Positions 12,901 to 27,335 of a stretch of 64,000 nucleotides of DNA are shown here, piece by piece. Position 1 is the first letter of the stretch. Each line of letters opens with the position of its first letter. Below the pieces are notes generated by a model, which had not been told where the DNA came from, did not search any database, and saw only the letters and a program-made list of their open reading frames with translations. Source of the DNA: Octopus sinensis (Eukaryota); the NCBI RefSeq assembly GCF_006345805.1, contig NW_021836000.1:221407-285406 (forward strand), given 5' to 3'. Position numbers and translations under genes: made by a program.

Positions 12901-15900
12901 AATGTTGTTGTTTTCATAATCTTTAATCATCACAGTGAATTTAACATTTCCTTGACGACATCAAATATTTTGTGATGATTTTTTCTTAAAAAATTATTTG
13001 ACTTCTCTTAAAAAAATATTTCTTATATTTTTATTAAAAGTTGTTTGGCTATTTAATTAAAAACTATTTTTTAGTATTTTAGCTCTAAATTTTTGGAAAT
13101 ACAAAAAGAAAACCCAATCAAATGCAGTAACTTAAAAAAATTAATTTCTCAAAAATTCGAAACCCATTTGTTTTCTATAATAAAAATCGACATGTTTGTG
13201 TATCATTTAGAACTGTACTGATTTACTGACAGATTTCAAATGGTAAAAGAAAACGATTCAGTCTCAACGGCCCTGTTCATTCGTTTGCCTTTGGCTAGCA
13301 GTAGCAAATGTGTCCGTAAGTCTTATAAATTTATTCATTGTTATAACAAACTAATTTACGCCAAACAGAATCAAGTCTCAAATTGATTCTTATCACTCTT
13401 TCGTTTCTTTAATAAAATAAAATATTTTTTGCCGGTTTGCAAATGAACTGTTTATTGCCCCGAGTTAAAAAGGTTGAGAACCGATGTTTTAATTAATGAA
13501 AACTTCATTGCACATCATTTTATTCGCCATTACGGTCAGCATGAGTTGCAGTCTATTGATCTGTAATGAATCCATACTAAATGTTTAACAAGTTCTTTTT
13601 GTTCTCGGTAAGGATAATGACACAGTTTCTTTAGAAAAACAAATTATGAAATGAAGACTGTCCCTAAAACATCTGTTGTAAACATACTTTGAGAATATTG
13701 AAATATACATTGTTGGCTGGAAGATATTGTGAAAGAGACAATAAAGTAAATTATTTAAAATACTTAATAATTAGCTTATGACTAAGTTTTGGTGAACAAA
13801 ATAACATTTTATTGTCAAAATATGATCGTTACAGCGTTAGAGAACTGAATGTATCTTTAAATGCGTTTAAATTGATGTAGCAAAGATTTTTGCCAAAATA
13901 GAAATTTTTAATAGACATAAATATTGGATCAAAAATCGATTTCTGTATTAAAACATTAAACAAATATTAATGTTTCTATTGTAGCAAAATATTTTTAAAC
14001 ACGTTGGTGAAAATAAATTTTTGCTTCAAAAATAAGTACATGTATTAAATATGCAGACGTTGGATGCATTCGGTAAACAGTGAACTTTTGGTAGAAACAT
14101 TTTTTCATTGGCAGCAAAATTAAGTTACCGACAAATAGGGATAATTTTAATTTAGACAAAGATACTTCAATAAACTTTCAAAAAACTATCTTTATTGTCG
14201 TCAAATAAATATTTTTGAGCTCATTTAAATGTTATACAAATTATTTCAATTACAAATAAAAATCAACATCTGCCGCCTTCCTTTATCAAGCAATATTCTC
14301 TGTAAAAATATATAATTATAATGATTAAATTTGCAAACTGAAGGTCAAATGAGATACTATCCTTTTCATTAATTTTCTTTTCCGAAAGACGTGTAAAAAT
14401 AAGTACAAATTCAAACAAAGAGGTCCTTGGGAGCAACAACTGCAACAACGACTACACAGAGATAACGTAGCACAAACACCGAAGAAGCATATGATGGGTT
14501 AATTCACTTACAATGAAATTAAACCAAAAGATATATTGTTAGCAAGACATGACAGAAGTGTGAAACATATCAATCGTCCCATATATAAACGCAGTTCCTG
14601 AAGAAAAACAGTGTTCTAAGAGGCATCAAATGAATTTAATGTCTTTCTTTTCGTCAAATAAATATTTATTTAATTTCATTTAACTGTTATAATGTTATAA
14701 GGAAAAATTTCAACTACGAATAGAATGAAACATTGTGACAATCCACCATCAAGCAATATACTCAGTACGAGTGTATAATTATACTAATTAAATCCACAAA
14801 TCAAAACTCCTTTAGAACAAATGTGCGTGTGAATACAGTAATGGTGACACTGACTTGCAGCAGCAAAAGAACACATTTTGTAGGAATTTCTCTGTATATA
14901 TTTTTTGCGCGTTGTAAATTTAAATTCAAAATATCTCTTAAAAAATAAATAATTAAAAAAAGGGATACGAGTTTACTCTCCGAGAATTACAAATTTAAAA
15001 AAATTGGAGAAATTATAAAACCGGTTTTTTTGCACTCATTGTATATGTTATTCTTTTGCTGATCGCAAAATTTCTCGAAAGATACTTCGTTGAAATAAAA
15101 AAAAGACAAGAAACGAATACACCAATTGTGCCTTATCTTACGCTATCCTGCGTAAAGTTCCAGAAACTATTTCTGAAAAGTACCACACAATCAATTTTAG
15201 TATTGTTTTCAATTAAATTTAAATTCAAATTATTTGACAATATATTACTTTATTTGTACTTAGAACAGATAAGCCAAAAAATAAATACTGGGAAATCAAA
15301 CAATACAACTGTTTTATTTTATAAAATGAAAATTCGGCATAGAATAAAAGTATAACAAACATTAATAATCATTAAGTAATGTTGATTCAAAAAAATAGAA
15401 AAAATAAATAAATAAATGTCTGAAAAATAAAATTATACATAACATTTAGAATCGATTTGACGATTGGAATTTAAAAATTAGGTCATCAAAAAGGTCATCA
15501 AAGTGAATAAAATAATATATAAAATCATAAACTAAGGAATAATACATATCACAATATTGTAAAAACAAACTCATAACCAACAATTTTTGTAATTCATGGA
15601 AGGTCTGAGCAAATATCAATATGCATAAAAATCCTTGAATAGAAATAATAATAATTATGAATAAAAAATTAATATTTGCAGCAAAATAAGAAAATCAAAA
15701 GAACGTCCCCGACTCGTTATAATTAATTAATAAAACTGTGAATTTATAGAAAAATCTATGGCCAATATTAAGAGCGTAGTGGGGTCAAGTGTTGAGGTTT
15801 ATAAATGAACTGTCATCTAGTTGTGTGCTCAGATTAAAAATCCAATTGATTCTAAGCAATCCAAAGAAATCTACGAGGAAGTAGCAGAAAAGTCAACAAG

Positions 15901-16559
15901 GACCTTTGCGGGCTTAACAGGGGACGGCTCAAAGAGGAGAGATGGAGTTGGCAAGTATAGTCTGTACTTCCTTCTTCAAGAAAAGAAAGTACCCAGACAA
16001 ATGGTCTTACATAAGGATTACGTTTCAGAGGAAGAAGTGTTTTAAACACTTCACATACATCACTTGCCAAATCTAAATCGTGAAATTTTGACAGGAATGG
16101 TTTTATGTCGAAAAAAACCCACATGGCTACAGATTATGTTGTTTGGAAATATAAAATCTAAACCTGCTTAGACATAAAATTAAGGATGCTAAAAGAAATG
16201 CAAAAAACTTTAACAAAAACAAATCTGCAAGAATCAGTTTTTTGTGCTATGCTACTCCCCGAGAGAACCACTGCGAAAGCAAGTTAAGCAAATTCTCTTC
16301 AAATATAACCACCTAAAACGATTTGACAATATCTCTAATACATAAATGAAGGAAAAAAGATATACTGTTAAATTTTAACACATAGCTCACATTTTAAAAT
16401 ATCAGTTGAATTTTCTGAATTCTTTAAAAGAACTAAATAGAAAAACAATAAAAATTGATCAAATGAATCATATAATTGGTTATTAACTTACAAAAAAATA
16501 TATTCCATTCTTTTGAAAAAAAATAGCTCATTAAAAACATGAAAAAACAGTTTTTTAAT

Positions 16560-17125
16560 GATTTTCAGGAATGCAATTTAAATTAGATGACCCAAATAAA
16601 AGAATATAATTTTGAAATTTGAGATTTCATTGTGATTTTCAGTTTTTAATAATCTACCTGAGTCTTTCAACCAGTTTGATATTTTTTTGACTTCTAATTC
16701 TTACTACATAAGATTTTTTAAAAAAATAATTTTGGCTAAAGTTTCGTTTTTTCTTTTTTAAATTTTCAGGAATCGAATTTAAATTAGATGACCCAAATAA
16801 AAGAATATAATTTTGAAATTTGAGATTTCATTGTGATATTCAGTTTTTAATAATCTACCTGGGTCTTTCAACCAGTTTGATATTTTTTTGACTTCTAATT
16901 CTTACTACATAAGATTTTTTAAGAAAATAATTTTGGCTAAAGTTTCGTTTTTTTCTTTTTAAAATTTTCAGTAATCCAATTCAAATTAGATGACCCGAAT
17001 TTCCAAAATTCGAATTTCATAACGATTTTCAGTTTTTTGATATTTATTAGGCCCTTCTACAAGTTCGATATTTTTTGAAACAAAAATTTTGTTTGAAGTT
17101 TCGTAGTTTTCTTTTAAATTTTTTG
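16560..17125. repeat. ~202-bp tandem repeat, about 3 copies
   Basis: TTTTCAG..AAATTAGATGACCC recurs at ~16562, ~16764 and ~16966. The third copy is diverged. Confidence 0.9.
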
Positions 17126-18485
17126 AGATATTAACTTTAGAGGCACTTAATAAATCTATTTTCCCATTCTTAGGACCTAGAAAGCTATAAAATCTTCGTT
17201 TCTACCTGATACAATCCATATTTTAGATTTATAATTTTAAATTGAAATAAGAGTGGAATTCTTTTTCGTATGATGTGATCGAGTCATAAAGATTGATAAA
17301 GAAATATTCAAGTCTATTAAACTTTTGGATTGCTAATCTTTCACGAGTTAGATTTAATTGGTCTGGTTTTATTGCAAAAGAAACAACTTTCCAGCTAGAA
17401 TCAAATCTCGTCAACGTTCTCTGGCCGTAGGCCGATGAGTCCTTTTGGCATGATACAGTTGAAAAAGGGAATCTTTTTATTCCTGAATCAACTAATTTAG
17501 CGTGGCTTTATCTGCTCTACCAAGTCAGTTGGATCTCGAAACACCCAGTAGGAACCCAATACCCACATCAAAAGAACCTCTACCCATGGGAGATCCTCGT
17601 ACCAGGACGATATACTTTCCATAGAACCAAACCATCCCAGACAAAATTCCCAATGTATTTATTAAAGGATTTACAGAGAAGATGGAAGGAAGATTTGTGG
17701 AGTCTCCCCTTTTTGAATATAAAAGTGCGATCTACATTATTATTTTATGAAATATAAAATATATTTGACATAAAAGATATTGATAAAATTCTCTGAAGTT
17801 TAAGTGGATTGACAACTACTTTCCCCATCATCGATGTCGAGTTTATTTGTAATCTTAATTTTTTATTTAATAAATGTGATGGGATTTTTTTTTAATTATC
17901 AACTTATTAAAAGAATTTATTTTTCAAATGAAATTTAGAACTTAACCGGTTAATAAATAAATCTAAAATTACTCTCTGAAAAATATCAAAACCTTCTCAT
18001 TTGAAGTGGTACGATTGGTTTCTTCTGCATTTCCAATAAAATTAAATAATTCAGAAAAAGAATTTAAAACTTTACTTTTGAAGAATTTAGAACTTTAATA
18101 AAAATAAATTAACAAAAAAACCTTATAAATAATTTTAAACACGAATACAAAAATCTTGTGATTATTTTTGGATAGATTATATATAAAGTAACTATTTTCT
18201 TTTTTATCCTGGTCATAAAAAATAAAATAACATTCTCCTATTTTAAATGAGCCTGTTGTAACCAATAAAACGGAGGAAGGTGTGCTGATGGTTAGGATAT
18301 TGACAATAAACAATAATCATGTTATTCATACCTGTTTTTTGATTAGTCCAACCAAAATCTAAATATGTTAGTTAGATTGTACATAAGAAGATTATCCATA
18401 ATTTTAATATAATTATTATTTTCGGCTTTTGAGGGAGGTTACATTCCCAGAAATAAGAATACATTTTTTTCGTCAACAAACCTGA

Positions 18486-18832
18486 ATTTTTATTCCCCAA
18501 TTTATTTACCGCCATGTGAGTATACATCTAAATATGACTGTATTAATTTAAAATCAATATAAATTGAAGATTGGCGATTATTATTTTTCTGTTCGTCATG
18601 ATACGTGAATTCCTTAACATTATATTTATCAGTTTTACCATTTGAGTCATGAAGTGGAAATTTTATTCCCCAATTTATTTACCGCCATGTGAGTATACAT
18701 CTAAATATGACTGTATTAATTTAAAATCAATATAAATTGAAGATTGGCGATTATTATTTTTCTGTTCGTCATGATACGTGAATTCTTAAACATTAATATT
18801 TATCAGTTTACCATTTGAGTCATGAAGTGGAA
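18486..18832. repeat. ~172-bp tandem duplication
   Basis: TTTTATTCCCCAATTTATTTACCGCC...CATGAAGTGGAA is present twice, nearly identical. Confidence 0.92.
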
Positions 18833-19060
18833 TAAGAGATGAATTACTGAAGCTGTGGGTTTCGTTCATCGTTTTTTTAAATAAATAATTCGTTAATATA
18901 TTGATATAATATATGCGCATTGTGAATTATTGCCGATATTAATATTCCGGATTGAGTTTATTATTTAAATATTTTAATTTATTTGATTCAAGTACACAAA
19001 GGAGATCACAACTAGGGCCAATGCACAGCTTCAAAGTTTATGTCATTCCTTTGTGAAAAA

Positions 19061-20228
19061 ATGGACTGATTGTTGACCAATTATCAAAAGGATTACTAAA
19101 ACAATTGATGTAGAAAATCTCTTTAGTCAACTATTTTTAAAAGAACTCTGAAGAATAACAGTTTTAATATTCGCCGAACAAGTCCTTTCCTGACATTTAG
19201 TCACCAGAAAGGGCTAGACTGCACCTATTAGGATATTTATACAGAAAATGGGAAAGAGATGTTTGTACTTTCTCTTTGCTGAATATAAAGGAGCAATACT
19301 TGATTACAAATTTAATTAAATAAAATAGAAATGCTTTTTGTAAAATCAAATTAAAATACAAAATCAAAGTCATCTAAATAAATGGGATTCCGATCCAGGT
19401 AGTATTCCTATATACCTGGTATTGTGATCCAAAAAATGATAGTAAAAGAGCTTCTTCATTATTAATCCGTTTCTTAAAAAAATAAAGCATCCAACAAAAA
19501 AAAAGATGGACTGATTGTTGACCAATTATTAAAAGGATTACTAAAACAATTGATGTAGAAAATCTCTTTAATCAACTATTTTTAAAAGAACTCTGAAGAA
19601 TAACAGTTTTAATATTCGCCGAACAAGTCCTTTCCTGACATTTAGTCACCAGAAAGGGCTAGACTGCACCTATTAGGATTTTTTTTTTGAGAATCAAGAA
19701 AATTAGAGAAGAGAAATTAACTAATCTAGATGAGTCGCCGAGCGAATGGACAGGCAATTTCCACGTAATATCGCGAACGATATCCGCTGAAAAAGCCAGC
19801 TCGTTTCACGACTGTCGTGACTCCTCCTCGAGATGATTGAACCAATCTCTGAGAGGAGTTTGAGGGCTTTGGGTCCAATTATCCCACTGGTCTCGAAAGC
19901 CAGAGGAATGAAGCAGCAGGTATCGGTCAAAGAGGCATATTTAGCAGTTTTCCTAGATTAGGATATTATACAGAAAATGGAAAGAGATTTTTGTAGTTTC
20001 TTTTGTTGAATATAAAGGAGCAATACTTGATTACAAAATTAATTAAACTAAAATAGAAATGGTTTTTTTTTAAATCAAATAATATAGAAAATCAAAGTCA
20101 TTTAAATAAATGGGATTCCGATCCAGGTAGTATTCCTATATACCTGGTATTGTGATCCAAAAAATGATAGTAAAAGCTTCTTCATTATTAATCCGTTTCT
20201 TAAAAAATAAAGCATCCAACAAAAAAAC
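19061..20228. repeat. ~445-bp tandem duplication including the ICMT 3' end
   Basis: ATGGACTGATTGTTGACC starts at 19061 and at 19506. The second copy carries a retroposon insert. Confidence 0.92.
19680..19956 (-). mobile_element. 5'-truncated CRE-like non-LTR retrotransposon
   Basis: FIPLAFETSG...LFQRISFAILRGN, a poly(A) tail, and TSD ATTAGGAT (19672-19679 and 19957-19964). Confidence 0.9.
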
Positions 20229-20851
20229 AGAACAGTCGAAAACGGATTAACCCAACGTAATCTATAACAATAACAAAAATCTTAAATACCTGAGTCCCAA
20301 CAGAGAAATAAAAAAAATCCAACAAGCAGGATGCCGAAAATACTTATAGACTCCATTTTTTATTAGATCCTGATCCCGACGTAGTTTGGATTCTATTTGA
20401 TGACTATAGTTACTCCCGAGTGTTAGGATTGAGACCTTTCTCAATAAATCTGCCAACAAGAAATCAATATTCCCAAAATCGATAAAAATTTAAAATTTTC
20501 TCTGAAACCTTGAAAATATTAAAAAAGATGAAAAACCGGGAAATAAGAAAATAGAAACTAAATATTCAAAAATTGCTATCCCATCGCATAAAAGTAATCT
20601 CCATTTGTAAAAAGAAACGATTCGTTTGAAAAATCATAAACTTTTGCAACATTGGCACATATAATTCTAAATAATGAAACATGCACAGTTGTATGAGAAA
20701 TATTCCAAATAGTATATGCTTTGACCAAAATAGTACAAAAAAGAGCCCAATGGACAAAACTAATCCAAAATCGTTGAGTTGTTTATAATCTACACAAAAT
20801 TGAATTAAAAATGAAACGTTTTTTTATTCAGAATAATTATTTTGAGGTACA
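20102..20851 (-). CDS. ICMT: Isoprenylcysteine carboxyl methyltransferase (STE14), with indels; start approximate
   Basis: LGSNYSHQI...LIKNGVYKYFRHP, YFSVGTQ and C-terminal FFGSQYQVY...GIPFI*. A 28-nt intron at ~20262-20289. Confidence 0.85.
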
Positions 20852-21906
20852 TTTTTTAGGATAAAATAAACCCGAAATTGTTTGAAAGAAAATTAAGAAT
20901 GTTAAATAAGCATTCTTAAGGTAAAAAATAAATATGGTTGAAGAGCCTAATAAGAAAGAAATCAATGAGAATATTAATGAAGTAAGAAATCAATGAGAAT
21001 ATTAATGAAGTATTGTGGGAATCGTTCTAATTTTTTTATTATAATAAAAAAACGTTAAAATCATTTCTGGTCAGTCCACAAGAAGTGATAATCTCATAAT
21101 TAGAATTTATTTATCAGACATAATTTTATTTTAATTTGAAATAAATTTTAATAATAATCTCTGTTCCCTTTCAACGCATATTCCACGTGTTATAATAAAT
21201 ATATCAACCTCGCCAACTCGGACATTGTGGCAATGATAGAGTTTCATTAACCGTGCTTACTAGTTTAAGAAAATAAGACCAGGAACAAAAGACCGCTGTG
21301 AAAATACGGAACACTATCGATGCCCGGATAAGTTACCAAGCACAGATTGAGAAGGAAATGCCCAATTTGATCGTTATTGCGTGATACTACATAAATACGG
21401 AAAATTTCAGTGTGTCCACTTTATAAGACACTGACGAGAGCTGGTGAGTCATGTGGTCGAAGAATGTGCAGGGACTCTGTCCACCACGGGACATTTCACC
21501 AACTTTATTTTCTCAATAGATCTATGTATTGAGAAAAGCCAGATTACTAGATAAAGTGCGGAGTGGCCATGATATGCGCTCTAAACTATATTAACCTAAA
21601 TGGATAACGATGACGTTCAGTGCACATGTTTAATTATTATATGAGTTCTAGAGCAATGGAATTACTGCCAAGATTGAAGGGAATCTGATTTATGAGAGTA
21701 CAACTGACTTGACTGATGGAATATTCGCCGGATTTGGACTGTCGGGATACAAGGTGGCGGACTTTGACGAGGTTGAATACTACGGTTTCAACTAATCATT
21801 TACTTTATTTTCTCTATCACTAACTTTCTTGATTAAACTATTGCTTAAAACCACTCTTAAAATAAAGGAATTATATTAGCACTCCTTCAGCTCTCATAAT
21901 CTAGAT

Positions 21907-24151
21907 CAGGGTTTCTCAAGTTTTTTAACGTCGGGGCCAAATCGATAATTAACCATTGTCTTCGGGGCCGCAGAATAAATTAAATTAAAACTTTCATTAA
22001 CTTTTAACTAATTTTTTTTTAGATTCATTTTTTATTCAGAAACCGAGATAGTTAGTCTTAATTAATTAAAGGAAAATGACTAAAACGAAAAATTGTTAAC
22101 TAAAACGAAAAATTGTTAGCTATTTTAACTAATTGTTAACTAATTTGTCATAACACGGAATATAGGAGGCACATGTAGATCGCAAAAGCTGGCATAAGTG
22201 ATTATCAGTCAATTTATTTCGATATTTATTTTTTATGTGAATCATTTTACTGAAAATTGACTCACATAAATAAGTGGATCCGAACATTGAAGCATATTTA
22301 TAAGCATTTATGAGTATATTCGGATATTTTTCTTTGGGAAGTGAACTATAAAATTCCATTAAATTTTCAATCTTTTGCACTGAGGTAAATTGCACATCTG
22401 ATTGAAGGTCTATCAATTCTAATTGGAGTGATGGCGGAGCATTCTTAGGATCTATATTGAATGGTGCTGCAAAAATTTTCATTGATGGCAAAATTTCATC
22501 AAAATTCTTAAAATAAACTAAATTTTAATAAACCTTAGAACGTTTTTCAAATTCAACAATAAGGTGACTGATAATGGTAGTATATTTTTCAAATGAACCG
22601 TTAGCTTTATTTTCACTCAAACAAGTAAAATGAATTGTATCTTTGAGCATTATTTGATCCCTCCAAAGTTTTAATTTTGATATAAAAGAAGCAATAGATC
22701 CATAGAGTTGATGGCAAAATTTATATTTCCCCTGTAATTCACAATTTAACGACGATAAATGAGAGGTTAGATCTACCCAAAAAGCTAAATCGGCAATCCA
22801 CTCTTTACTGCTCAACAAATCATGGTATTTGTGGTCTTTAACAAATTCTCTTATTTGAGGGAGTAGTTCATAAAATCTAACTTCTATTCAAGCAAATATA
22901 CCTTTTGAGGCACGCGGCACGACTCAACCATCGAACAGTGGTATGGTAAAGCACATCATTATGCACTGTGTCAATTTCCACTAACATTTTTTTAAATCTC
23001 CTGTGATTGAGAGATTTACCGCGTATCCAATTCACAATGGACAACACCGTACTTATTACATTTTGCATTTTAAGTGACTTTGCGATTATATTCTCCTGAT
23101 GAATGATACAATGTTGCCAAAATATAGGATCAAGATTTTTTTCAAGTCTCCATTCTGAATAAAGTCCATGAAACCCTTTATTACGACCAATCATATTCGC
23201 CCCCCCATCAGTACATATGGAAATTATTTTGGAAGGATCAATGTCAAATTCTTTAATACTTTCAAGGAATTCGTTAAGTACATCCATTCCTTTTGTAGTG
23301 CCTTTTAATGAACGAAGAGAAAAAAATTCTTCAGAAATTTTAAAATCCGAAGTGACACCTCTAATGCATACGACCATTTGTTCGGTATCAGAGATATCTT
23401 TACTCGTGTCGACAGCAAAAGAATGATATAAAAAATCTTTCGATGTTCTATAAAAATTATTTTTAATAGTAAAGAACTTGATTAGCTGACGGGCAAGGTC
23501 CTCAAAAATACATTCTATTCTTCTTGTAATAGTATCATTACTTAATGGTAATCGTTTTGCAATATTTTGTATATTTGACGGACAACATTCATCACAAAAA
23601 ATGGAAATAGCAGTTTTAATAATTTCTCCGTCAGAATAAGGTTTCATATTTACAGCAAGAAGGTGGCTAATTTTATAAGACGTTAATAACTGATGCTTAT
23701 TTTCCACTGGTTTAAATATTGAGGACTGATTTTTAAATGACGTCTTTAATATATTGAGTTTTTTTTTCCTTGACTCTCCGAGATATAAATTGTATATTTC
23801 GGAGTGCTTCTTATAATGACGTTCAATAGTATAATTTTCAATGAATTAATGACACAGTTGCATATCAAACAAACAGCTTTACCATTCAGTTCAACGAAAA
23901 AAAACTTTTCTTCCTATTCAATTTGAAATTCTCTATTTTCTTGAGATAATGTTCGATATTTCTTTGATGGCATGAAAAAATACTCAACCTGAAATATATT
24001 TACAAACACGTGTAGTTAAAATATTATCTTTAATAATATTAATTTACAATTAATTTTATATCCAAAATTTATTTTAAAGTTTGGAAGTCGGGGCCGCAAA
24101 AAAGATTCTCGGGGCCGCATGCGGCCCGAGGGCCGCACTTGAGAACCCCTG
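21907..24151 (-). mobile_element. Full-length Buster/Charlie-type hAT with a 3-intron transposase (CDS 23973-22129; one stop, one frameshift)
   Basis: TIR CAGGG(G/T)TTCTCAAG and perfect TSD ATCTAGAT. Motifs CTDGG, HCIIHQE, VRWLSR and FGSTYLCE. Introns at 23448-23477, 22877-22901 and 22507-22533. Confidence 0.95.
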
Positions 24152-25063
24152 ATCTAGATCAACGAATCGACCAATGCAGGATATATGATTATATAGTATT
24201 TAAGAAAGTAATTAATAATAAAATATAAACTATTGCATGGTCGAAACATCAGATTTTATTATCATCATTAGGAGTACAAACGCGACACATAGTGCAGCGT
24301 GTATAAAATTTATTTAATTAAAATATTTTATTTGAGAAATTAGTCGAGTCTTCTGCACTTTATCTCCGTTTTTTAGCCTTATTAAACTCTCTTCGAGTTT
24401 AACTCCGCAATTTCCTAAATTTCCGTGCGAGTTTGTGACTTTATTTGAGAATGTCAAATTTACTCTTTCGTTACTGTCTGGGAACTACAAACTTATTTTT
24501 TTGATCTTCTTCTAGGTTTGGTGGATATCCTGCAGTTTAGGAGTAACTGCGTAATCGACTTGATATCACGATATGGTTTATTTAGTTTATTTTGTGCAGT
24601 TCGTTTGACAAGTCTTGTCTCTAATGTCCTGTGAAATGATGCTTGCGGCTGCATTTATCCATTTGATTTGTTCGTATATTTGTACCCACTACGTTCCCAT
24701 CGAGTTATCTTCCTTGTTGTGTGGCCTGTTGGGTACCAAAGAAAAGTACAGAAGAGGGGAAATAATCCTGTGGTAAATAAAAGTGATTAAGTTTAATGCG
24801 TCTGCTCTCAGTCAATTTTCTTCCTTTTTGAGCCAGCGCTTGGCTCTGCGGTCATTCTCAGTTTGATGGGCACACTCGGCAAAGCTTACTCCGTTGTTCT
24901 GTTTATAAACCAATCCATTAAGGATTCTTCCGGCTGGACCATTCCAAACTTATGTTTTGCACACATATTCTTCAATGTTCTCCAGATAACCACTCTAAAC
25001 TATATTAACTCGTCATTCGTTTTTGAGAATTGGTTTGTTTAACACTTTTCAATTAGTCTAAAC

Positions 25064-27196
25064 CATAGGTTTTCACGAGAAATTTCTCGCGGCGCAAATG
25101 CTAATAAAAAATAATCTCGCGGCACATAATCAAAAATCAAAACATAATTATCAAATTCCAAATTCAAAATTTATTATTTTTACATAATTTTTCTATGTCT
25201 GGCTCAATATTTGATAAGGCCAGTCGCATTTCTGAATCTAAATCCAGTAGATTTTCTCGCTTATTTGTTTTAATGTTTTGTAATGCAGAAAATCCCTTTT
25301 CACACAAATAAGTTGTTGCAAATTGTAGAATGATCCGCATTGCTTTATCTGTTATTTTTGGAAATCTAGAACGAATTTTGATCCAAAATTCGCCAATATT
25401 TAATTCCGTATGTGATAATTTTAAGGTACGATCATTAAATAGTTCAATAAGCTCCATATTTTCGAACAATGATAACTCATTACTATGACTAACCAAAAAT
25501 GGATTCCGTATCTAAAACTAATTATTTAAAATAAATACCCAATCATATTTTTCAATGTCTATGTCTGGAAAATAATTATTGACTTTTTGTTCCAATGATG
25601 TCAAATGCTCATATATAAGACTTTGTATTATGGTACCGTCAGAATCTAAATTGGCTTTATAAATTAGAATGCGAAACCATTAGTCTTAGGAAACATGCTA
25701 AAATCCCCACTTAATACTAGTCTTCTCCAATATGTAATATTCATTTTTAAAGCATTTAACTTGTCCGTACAACTCAAAATTGTCTCATTATTTCCTTGCA
25801 TGCTTAGATTCACATCATTCAATATCGAAAATATGTCCGTTAGATATGCTAATTTTAATTTCCAATTCGAATTGCTGATCAATTCATGAAATTGATAGCA
25901 TTGTTCTCTCGTGAAAAATTCAGCTATCGTGTCCTTTAATTCATACACTCTGGCCAGTGCCCTTCCCCGTGATAACCATCGTATTTCGGTATGTAACAAT
26001 AAATTTTTATAACTTGCTCCCATTTCATCGCATAAAGAATTAAAAATTCTAGAATTTTTAGATCGAGTTTTTATATAATTGATCATTTTTATGACATCAT
26101 CCATAACTGATTTTAAAGCAGACGGAAGAGTTTTCGAAACCAATACTTCACGATGTAAAAAACAATGTGTTGAAAGTATTTGATCATTCTGTGCTTTTAG
26201 TAAAGAAACCTGAATTTAATCATATAATAAAACAATATACAAGTCCATTAAGTCTTCCAGACATAGATGGTGCCCCATCTGTGCATACACCAACACAATT
26301 TTTAAAGGAAATATTATGTTGATTAAAATAATCAAATATCAAATTGTACATATCAATTGCACGAGTAGTAGTAACTAATGCCTTGCAGAAAAGAAATTGT
26401 TCAATAATACTTTCTGACTTTTCAGTACGAATATAAATAAGCAGCTGTGCAATTCCTGCTACGTCAGTTGATTCGTCAATTTGCAATGAATATAAATTGT
26501 TTTTCATTATAGATACCACTTTTTCTTCAATATCAAACGACATTGTACTAATTCTTCGACAAATAGTATTGTCAGAAAAGGGAATTTTCAATAATTTTTT
26601 TTCAAATTCCACGCCAAACATTGTTCGGACTATTAATTTGCATGCTGGAAGGATAAGATTTTCGGCAATTGTATGAGGTTTCATTTTCTTGGCAATCAAT
26701 TCCGATACTAGATAAGAGCACTTTACTGCATCTTCTGATTTTCCAAATGATTTTGAAAATGATTTTTTACTTACTCTAAATATGTATATATATAATTATT
26801 AACACTACCTATGTTTTTTGCTTAATTCTTTAAAATAATCAATTGAATAATCTTTATATTCCGGGTGCTTAGATAAAAAATGTCTACGAAGTTTAGATGG
26901 AACCATTGATTCATTCGACAACACCTCCATGCAAATCAGGCACTGTGGTAAACTATTTCCAGTGCCACAACAGTCAAAACCCATAGATAAAAAAGATGAT
27001 TTGTAATGACGAATACTCCGATGCACAGACATAACAAATAGCAACGTGATTATAATTTATTATAATTGTTTCATTATAAATAATTTTTAAGTTAAAAATT
27101 AAACAAAAAATAAGTAAATATAGATCTTCACGCGGCACATTTTTTATCGTCCCGCGGCACAAAAATGTGCCGCGGCGCAGTGTTTGAAAACCTCTG
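25064..27196 (-). mobile_element. Full-length Buster-type hAT; 4-intron transposase, intact after splicing (~581 aa, 27032-25164)
   Basis: TIR CA(G/T)AGGTTTTCA and TSD GTCTAAAC. BED finger, DESTD, CTDGAPSM, HCFLHRE, RWLSRG and FATTYLCEKGFS. Introns at 26776-26808, 26210-26240, 25646-25677 and 25512-25538. Confidence 0.95.
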
Positions 27197-27335
27197 GTCT
27201 AAACTATTAACATTTGAGTTATCGCTAATTTCATTATTTGGATTTTCTCACACTTTCTATTGCTTAGTTAAAACCTCTCAGTGGTAATGACTGGGTGTGT
27301 CAATTAGAATGCAAATCTGCTTGGTTTGTCTAAAT

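Noticed and set aside
13550-14900. Partly duplicated hydrophobic region as a membrane-receptor gene
   Set aside because: I could not build a consistent reading frame or find a recognisable motif.
16560-17125. Tandem repeats as a CRISPR array
   Set aside because: The units are long and contiguous with no unique spacers or cas genes, and the DNA is eukaryotic.
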